Assembly: GCA_963675295.2 (NCBI GenBank)
Contig: CAXXKJ010000002.1
Span: forward strand, 928,001 to 992,000
Length of the DNA stretch: 64,000 nt
Reading direction: 5' to 3'
DNA from: a bacterium
GTDB taxonomy: Bacteria; Electryoneota; Electryoneia; Electryoneales; Electryoneaceae
Part shown: positions 58,068 through 64,000 of the stretch, one piece after another
Numbering within the stretch: position 1 is the first letter of the stretch
Layout of the letters: the number at the start of each line of letters is the position of its first letter
The notes under the pieces: model-generated
The model's database searches: none
What the model saw: the letters and a program-made list of their open reading frames with translations, nothing else
What the model was told of the DNA's origin: nothing
Program-made: the position numbers and the translations under genes

Positions 58068-59312
58068 ATGAGTGGTGACAAGCACATAGCCTACCTTGAC
58101 AACGGCGACAGCACGCAGGTGTTGCCGGAGGTTGTCGATGCGATGCTGCCGTACCTGACTGAATCGTACGGCAACCCCGCCAGTCTGCACATGCTCGGCC
58201 TGGCGGCGGAGGAAGCGCTGGACGAGTCCCGCGCGACCATTGCGGAGTTGATCAACGCACGGCCGGCGGAGATCGTGTTCACCGCCAGCGCGACCGAAGC
58301 AAACAACATCGCGCTGGAGGGGTTGCGGCGGCAGCACCCGGACAGGAAGCACGTGTTGATCAGCCCGATCGAGCATGCCAGCGTGCGCAATGTCGTCAAG
58401 CGGATGGAGAAGCAGGGTCTCGTCGAACTGGACGAGCTCGAGGTGGACGACAACGGCATCGTCAGCGCGGACAGCCTGCGGGAGAAGTTGCGTGACGATA
58501 CGTTGTTCGTCTCGATCATCCACGGCAACAACGAGATCGGCACGGTTCAGGATCTGTCCGCGTTGGCGGAGTTGATTCATGAAAAGGGCGCGTTCCTGCA
58601 CGCCGACTGCGCGCAGACGCTCGGCAAGATGCCTGTCGATGTGCGCGCGCTCGGGGTCGACCTCGCCAGCTTCAACGCTCACAAGCTGCACGGTCCGAAG
58701 GGTGTCGGCGCGTTGTTTGTGCGCAAACGGCTGAAGCTGCGGCGGTTGCTCGAGGGTGGACCGCAGGAACAGAACCTGCGTCCCGGGACGGAGAATGTTC
58801 CCGCGATTGTCGGCTTCGCGAAGGCGGTGGAAATTGCGGTGCGTGACATGGACAACGTCATTCCGCAAATCCATGAGCTGACGAAACAGTTGGCGGAGCG
58901 ATTGCTGGAGATACCGCACGTACGGCTTAATGGCCCCGAGGTTGGATCGGACCAGCGTCTACCGGGTAACTTGAACGTCACCTTCAAGTACATTGAGGGC
59001 GAGGCGATTCTGATGAGCCTGAATTATGGCGGCGTGTATGTCAGCAGCGGCAGCGCGTGCTCGTCCCGCAGCCTGGTGCCGTCGCATGTGCTCACCGCCA
59101 TCGGGCTGTTGCACGAGGAAGCGCATGGCTCGATTCGCTACACGTTGTCGCGTCTCAACACGCAGGTGGATGTCGATCTCGCGGTGGAGCAAACGAAGAT
59201 CGCGGTGGAGCGCTTACGTGCGATGACGGCGTTCATTCCGGAAGAGCACAGCGAACGCGAATCGGATCACGCGAAGACGTTCTACAAGCAGAAAAAAGAG
59301 AAGCTGGATTAA
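58068..59312 (+). CDS. iscS: Cysteine desulfurase (IscS/NifS group I)
   Basis: YLDN, YGNPAS.H, FTASATEANN, IEHASV, NNEIGT.Q, AHKLHGPKGVGAL, RPGTENV, SSGSACSS...PSHVL; start ATG 58068. Confidence 0.92.
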   Translation: MSGDKHIAYLDNGDSTQVLPEVVDAMLPYLTESYGNPASLHMLGLAAEEALDESRATIAELINARPAEIVFTASATEANNIALEGLRRQHPDRKHVLISPIEHASVRNVVKRMEKQGLVELDELEVDDNGIVSADSLREKLRDDTLFVSIIHGNNEIGTVQDLSALAELIHEKGAFLHADCAQTLGKMPVDVRALGVDLASFNAHKLHGPKGVGALFVRKRLKLRRLLEGGPQEQNLRPGTENVPAIVGFAKAVEIAVRDMDNVIPQIHELTKQLAERLLEIPHVRLNGPEVGSDQRLPGNLNVTFKYIEGEAILMSLNYGGVYVSSGSACSSRSLVPSHVLTAIGLLHEEAHGSIRYTLSRLNTQVDVDLAVEQTKIAVERLRAMTAFIPEEHSERESDHAKTFYKQKKEKLD

Positions 59313-59316
59313 GGGC

Positions 59317-59378
59317 GGGCTACGGACTGCGGACTACGGTCAGTGATCAGTTACTCACGACTCATCACTCACAACTGG
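59317..59378 (+). repeat. Heptamer arrays after the iscS stop
   Basis: GGGCTAC GGACTGC GGACTAC GGTCAGT GATCAGT, then CTCACGA CTCATCA CTCACAA. Confidence 0.8.
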
Positions 59379-59478
59379 AGAAGTGCCCGTGTTTGCTTGC
59401 AAACGCGGATCATCCGCGCCTGTCTGCACAGCCGTCACATGTGTCGGAACAGACGGATTTAACCCCACGGGGGGAGCT

Positions 59479-60690
59479 ATGAAGCGCCGTTGGATCAGTG
59501 TCAGTGCGATGGGACTCGTGCTGGTTGTTACCACGTTACTCACCGCCGGTTGCAACGGCGGATCGTCCTCGGATCAGGCCACAAACGGTGGAGAGGGTCT
59601 GCTCGGCGACGCGTCGATGACGTTTATCGGCGACACCACCTACAACGAGTTTCCGTCGCAATCCATCGCGCTGAATGGCAACGTCGCCGTTCTGCTCCGG
59701 GAACGTCCGGCGAACCGCAATTCGGCCAAGCCTTCGGTGCTGTATCTTCAGATGCGCGATCCGCAGAGCGAACTGCTGTGGTCCTTGCCGTTGCTGGATC
59801 CCCGTGAGAATGTGACGGACATGAAGGAAATTGACGGTCGCGGGTTGATGCTGGTCGCGAAGTTGGGTGAGAATGTGCTGGAGAGCGCGCTGATCCGTGA
59901 ATTCAGCGCCGAGGACGGATCAACGGTCAGCGAGATGGATACGCACTGGGATCCGCACTACAGCCCTTGGTCGCTGAATCCGCTGGCGAATGGCAACCTG
60001 CTGGTGCTTGGTGGCCGGATGGTTGAGGCCGGGCAGCCGTTCGAAGCATGGGGCGTGATTCTCGATGCAGACGGCAACAAGGTCGGCGAATGGGACAAGC
60101 CGGTGACCCATCTGTTCCCGACCGGCAACGGGTTCCTCGGTGTGCAACGTGTGCCGGGCGGCCGTTACCCGGACAACACCTTCTACGGCCTATCGGACAA
60201 CGGCGAGTTGATGTGGACGATCGAACGGGCGGACACGCTGATCGGTGGCGTGGTGATGGGCGCGATGACCACCACGGACGGCGACATCCTTGTTGTCGGC
60301 GACGATCGCAACACCCGTCAGCCGGTGTATGTGCGTCTCGGCACGGAAGACGGTGAGGTTCGCTGGATCAAGCGGAACCCGGAAACGCTTGGCTACACCT
60401 GCTACAACCCGATGCGGCTGGATGAGAACCGGATCTTCATTCCGTGCAGCAAGATGCAGATCGACGAAGCGAATCAGCAGCCGCCGTGGAGCTCGGTTGG
60501 TGGTCTGATTATCGACGAGAACGCCCAGATGCTGGACTCTGATCTGCTGATGGATTTCTGGATGATTCCGACCATGCCGGCGCTTGAACTCGGTCCGGGG
60601 CAGGCGTTAATGATCGGTATTGCCAATGTCGATCCGGTGACCTTCCCGCGGATCACGGACGCCGGTTGGCTGTTGGCGGAGGTGAAATAA
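59479..60690 (+). CDS. Hypothetical beta-propeller-like lipoprotein
   Basis: Lipobox LTAGC; repeated ..G...W motifs; WTIERADT..GG; start ATG 59479. Confidence 0.75.
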   Translation: MKRRWISVSAMGLVLVVTTLLTAGCNGGSSSDQATNGGEGLLGDASMTFIGDTTYNEFPSQSIALNGNVAVLLRERPANRNSAKPSVLYLQMRDPQSELLWSLPLLDPRENVTDMKEIDGRGLMLVAKLGENVLESALIREFSAEDGSTVSEMDTHWDPHYSPWSLNPLANGNLLVLGGRMVEAGQPFEAWGVILDADGNKVGEWDKPVTHLFPTGNGFLGVQRVPGGRYPDNTFYGLSDNGELMWTIERADTLIGGVVMGAMTTTDGDILVVGDDRNTRQPVYVRLGTEDGEVRWIKRNPETLGYTCYNPMRLDENRIFIPCSKMQIDEANQQPPWSSVGGLIIDENAQMLDSDLLMDFWMIPTMPALELGPGQALMIGIANVDPVTFPRITDAGWLLAEVK

Positions 60691-60716
60691 CACGACAACT
60701 TAAGGGGGATGGGGGG

Positions 60717-61925
60717 ATGAAACGCGTTCAATGGATGGTGCCAGTTGTGGCGGCGCTGTTCGTGATCATGGTGTCCTGTGCAAAGACACCGTGGCAGATG
60801 GTGCCGGAATACGATATCAACAAAAGTGATCTGCTGGATGGGGCGACGCCCCTGTTTATCGGGGAACCGTCCACGCGTGATCTGCCGGTGGCGGTGAAGC
60901 CGTCTGGTGACAATGTACTGATGGTCATGCGCAGCAGAAGTTACGAGAATGAAGATGTTTCAGCGGACTACGATCACCGTGTCCAACTGCGCGCCATGGA
61001 CGGCACATTGATGTGGTCGTACCCGGTTGAATCGGGCTGGTTGTGCCGGGACATCCTTGTTGCATCGGCTGAGCAAGTCTGGGTGCTGATCGGACGGTGG
61101 GAAGGTGAAGTCCTGCAGAACACGGCCGTTGTTCAACTCGATGCGTCAAACGGCAACCCTGTGAACCGGTTTGCCGTCCCCGGTTGGAACCTGCAGTACG
61201 ACTTGACGCAATTGTTCGCGCTGCCAGAAGATCACGTGCTGGTGTATGGCCGCCGGACGGTGGAGGCGGACAGTACATTCGAAGCCTTTGGTGTCGTTGT
61301 CGATTCCGCGGGTCAATACGTGGAAGAGTGGACGTGTGGAACATCCATGTTGCTGCCGTTGGAAGATGGATTTCTCGGCGCTACCGCCAGGATCGAGCGG
61401 TTCGATTATCCCGATCTGATGAAGGTCGATGCAAGCGGCAACACGATCTGGACCATCGAACGAGCGGATACGGTGTTCGGCGGGCAACTGAATGGTGTCA
61501 CTCCGGCGGGTGATGGCGACTTGATCGTCAGCTTCTGGGATTGGATGCAATACCGGGGAGTCGTCGCGCGGATTGGCGGTGCGGACGGCGCGGTCCGGTG
61601 GGTGAAGCCATTCGAGACTGGCTTTTTCACGCACATGTACAACCCGTTGCCGTGGAAAGACGGCCAGTTTCTTGTGCTGGGTCAGAAATCCTATTCCAGC
61701 GAGAGCGTGAGAGTGCCGTTCTGGGAATCGGTTTGTGTGGCAGTTTTCGATGGTGACGGCAACGACATCGAGGACGATGGCCGAATCGATTTCTGGGCGA
61801 TGCCGGTACGCGGAGGATTCGAGATCGGTGAGAATCAGTTGCTGTTCGCGGGGATCGGCGGTGCAGATGTCAACGAGATGGCCGAGCAGTGGGATGTTGC
61901 CTGGGTGGTTCTCGACAAGCCGTAG
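60717..61925 (+). CDS. Hypothetical beta-propeller-like lipoprotein, paralog of 59479..60690
   Basis: Lipobox MVSC; shares FIG, FEA.GV..D..G..V.EW, WTIERADT..GG, DG.VRW.K, YNP and DFW..P with the upstream gene. Confidence 0.75.
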   Translation: MKRVQWMVPVVAALFVIMVSCAKTPWQMVPEYDINKSDLLDGATPLFIGEPSTRDLPVAVKPSGDNVLMVMRSRSYENEDVSADYDHRVQLRAMDGTLMWSYPVESGWLCRDILVASAEQVWVLIGRWEGEVLQNTAVVQLDASNGNPVNRFAVPGWNLQYDLTQLFALPEDHVLVYGRRTVEADSTFEAFGVVVDSAGQYVEEWTCGTSMLLPLEDGFLGATARIERFDYPDLMKVDASGNTIWTIERADTVFGGQLNGVTPAGDGDLIVSFWDWMQYRGVVARIGGADGAVRWVKPFETGFFTHMYNPLPWKDGQFLVLGQKSYSSESVRVPFWESVCVAVFDGDGNDIEDDGRIDFWAMPVRGGFEIGENQLLFAGIGGADVNEMAEQWDVAWVVLDKP

Positions 61926-61986
61926 TTGTATCGACGGTATCTTCTCAGCGTTGGCCGAGCCAACACGGGCAAAATGTTTTTGACGC

Positions 61987-62031
61987 TCATAGTTCATAGC
62001 CCAAAGCCCATAGCCTGTGGCCCGCTGGCCC
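61987..62031 (+). repeat. C-rich heptamer array before iscU
   Basis: CTCATAG TTCATAG CCCAAAG CCCATAG CCTGTGG CCCGCTG. Confidence 0.65.
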
Positions 62032-62155
62032 CGGGGAGACGCCCCTCCCATCGGGGTACAGAATGCGTTACATTCTTCACAAGTGCACATTTTCCCATCT
62101 CCGTTCGGCGATGGGTTATTTTTGCCGAACGTTGCTTCCTGATTGAGGTTCACGC

Positions 62156-62812
62156 ATGGCGATCAAATACACGCAGAAGGTGATTGACGAGTTCACGAAC
62201 CCGGAAAACGTGGGTGAACTGGACGACGCGAACGCAGTCGCGACGGAAGGCTCTCCGGCGTGCGGCGATATGATCACGTACAACATGATCATTGACCCGG
62301 AAACGAAGATCATCCAAGACATCAAGTTCCGTTCCTACGGCTGCGCGTCGAATATCGCCACAGCATCGATGGCGTCCAAGATGGCCAAGGGCAAGACGGT
62401 TGACGAGATCAAGAAGCTGCGTGCAAAGTCGGTCACCGAGGAGCTGGAAGGTTTGCCTGCGGTGAAGATTCACTGCAGCGTGCTCGCGATTAACGGCCTC
62501 AAGTCCGCGATCCGCAAGTGGGAAGAGGACAACGGCTTCGTTGATCCGCAGGAACCGCTGGTCACCGAGGAGTTGGTGCATGAGTCTCTGCGGGATGTGA
62601 TCAACCCGGAAACCGGCCTGTCGCTGGTGAAGATGAACATGGTCCGTCACATCGAGGTCGATGAGAACAAGGTGTTCGTCGAGATTCTCGTCGGAGAAAC
62701 GGACGAAATGTTCTACGAAAACATCGCCGAGGAAACGCGTGAACACCTGGAAGCGTTGCCGGGCGTGGTCGATGCGACGGTGAAGCTGACCGAAGTCCCG
62801 GTTGGGAAGTAG
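62156..62812 (+). CDS. iscU: IscU/NifU-N Fe-S scaffold fused to a C-terminal DUF59 (SufT/MIP18-like) domain
   Basis: F.NP.NVG, SPACGD, YGCASNIA..S, LP.VKIHCS; then LRDVINPETGLSLV.M.MV. Confidence 0.85.
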   Translation: MAIKYTQKVIDEFTNPENVGELDDANAVATEGSPACGDMITYNMIIDPETKIIQDIKFRSYGCASNIATASMASKMAKGKTVDEIKKLRAKSVTEELEGLPAVKIHCSVLAINGLKSAIRKWEEDNGFVDPQEPLVTEELVHESLRDVINPETGLSLVKMNMVRHIEVDENKVFVEILVGETDEMFYENIAEETREHLEALPGVVDATVKLTEVPVGK

Positions 62813-62817
62813 GTTCG

Positions 62818-62845
62818 CTCACAACTCATCACTCACAACTCAGAC
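62818..62845 (+). repeat. Heptamer array between the two iscU-like genes
   Basis: CTCACAA CTCATCA CTCACAA CTCAGAC. Confidence 0.75.
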
Positions 62846-62857
62846 CTGGTTTTTGTC

Positions 62858-63217
62858 ATGAGCCTTTCCCCCACCTACCTCGAGCATTTTCAGGCGCCGA
62901 AGAACATCGGCGACCTCGAAGAACCGCGTAAGCTGGCGGAAGTCGCGCATCAGGGTGGCGGCTGCCATGACCGTCTGCGGGTGACGCTGCGCATCGTGGA
63001 CGGCGTGGTCGAGGACGCGATGTGGCGTGCGCGGGCGTGCTCGGGCACGGTCGCCGCGGCGTCCGCCGCGACGGAATGGGCGAAGGGGAAGACGGTTGCC
63101 GAAGTGCAGGCTGTCACCCCGGAAACGCTGATCGAAGCCCTCGATGGCATCCCCGAAAAGAAACGTCACTCGGTCGAACTCGCGGCCAAGGCTCTGCGTG
63201 AGGCTGTCGCCGGGTAG
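62858..63217 (+). CDS. Second IscU-like scaffold protein (third Cys replaced by Ser)
   Basis: EHFQAPKNIG, GGCHD, ACSGTVAAAS, L.GIP..KRHSVELA. Confidence 0.8.
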   Translation: MSLSPTYLEHFQAPKNIGDLEEPRKLAEVAHQGGGCHDRLRVTLRIVDGVVEDAMWRARACSGTVAAASAATEWAKGKTVAEVQAVTPETLIEALDGIPEKKRHSVELAAKALREAVAG

Positions 63218-63431
63218 CTCTCCTGAGTGCCTCCACTCAACGCGAAATTCCCCGAATCTGTCCTCATGGACTACTGTTATTTCAAGAACTAGCAACCCCG
63301 CCAGCCGGGCTCCGATTTCATAATTCTTCTACTCCTGATCGCCAAATCCTGCCACTTTCATCATTTCCACTGCTTATTTTTTCGTATCTTGTTCGCACGT
63401 GGAGAGGTAAAACAGAGGTAGTGGAGGATAT

Positions 63432-64000
63432 ATGCGCAGGCAGTTGAGTTCGATTTTCGTGTTGTTTGGTGTTTTACTGTTGCTGGGTTCGGCGCAGGCA
63501 CAGAATCCGCAGATGCTTTGGACCATGTCCCTGCCGCAGACGTTTAACAGCTATCCGGCCGATGTGGCTCCGACGCTGAATGGCGAGATGATCGTCGGCT
63601 TGAACTTCAAGAGCGGTCCACAGAATGGGTACCTCGAGGCTCAGGCGGTGGCGCGGCTGAACGGTGCCGGGGCGCTTGAGTGGGTCCGATACCCGGTGTT
63701 CGGTGAGAATCAGAAGAATTTCATTCATGATATCGCCGTTGACGATCTCGGCGGTGTCTGGGTTGTCGGTCGTGAAGACAATCCGAACGGTTGGGATTCT
63801 CCGTACATCCTGAAGCTGAATGGGAATGGCCTGGAAACCTGGCGCCGTCAGTTCCCGCCATACACGAACCCGTCCATCAACCGCGTGTTGCCGCTCAATG
63901 ACGGCACTGCGATCATCATAGGCAATTCGTTGACGGAAAATGAGGATCAGGACGGCATCGCCGTGCGAGTTGGCAACAACGGGGCGCTGATCTGGATGCA
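63432..64000 (+). CDS. Secreted beta-propeller-like protein; runs off the right edge of the window
   Basis: Not in the ORF track. GGAGG RBS, then MRRQLSSIFVLFGVLLLLGSAQAQNPQMLWT...ARLNGAGALEW...DIAVDDLGGVWVVG...LKLNGNGLETW, open to the edge; similar style to 20293..22068. Confidence 0.75.
   Translation, partial: MRRQLSSIFVLFGVLLLLGSAQAQNPQMLWTMSLPQTFNSYPADVAPTLNGEMIVGLNFKSGPQNGYLEAQAVARLNGAGALEWVRYPVFGENQKNFIHDIAVDDLGGVWVVGREDNPNGWDSPYILKLNGNGLETWRRQFPPYTNPSINRVLPLNDGTAIIIGNSLTENEDQDGIAVRVGNNGALIWM

Noticed and set aside
63351-63426. CCAC/GTGGAG repeats resembling MraZ boxes
   Set aside because: The GTGGAG copies are 22 bp apart rather than on a 10-bp period, the second overlaps the RBS, and no mraZ is in the window.

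Overview
This is a GC-rich chromosomal window from a Gram-negative bacterium. It carries lpxB/lpxK, T9SS-type C-terminal sorting domains, a Gld-like ABC system and many lipoproteins, which suggests an FCB-superphylum lineage (inference only). Housekeeping genes are an aspartate aminotransferase, pta, coaD, msrB, rnhC, lpxB, lpxK, tRNA-Ile2(CAT), a zinc-ribbon protein, glnS, corA, iscS and two iscU-like genes. A 17-kb block encodes four MacB-type permeases, an MFP, two ATPases and an NtrC/NtrY-like two-component system. The main leads are: (1) a Cyc2-like haem-porin + YceI + monohaem lipoprotein operon; (2) a CdsA-like / PlsC-thymidylate-kinase fusion / DAGK-like operon with altered catalytic motifs; (3) a sigma54 regulon readable from sequence, with three -24/-12 promoters and TGTMCG-N4-CGKACA boxes, including a structured leader with a terminator and an orphan 94-aa gene; (4) oriented heptamer repeats and hairpin families in spacers, some bracketing lipoprotein cassettes that interrupt conserved operons. 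I saw no CRISPR array, rRNA, integrase or transposase. All product calls come from recognising motifs by eye; no database searches were run.
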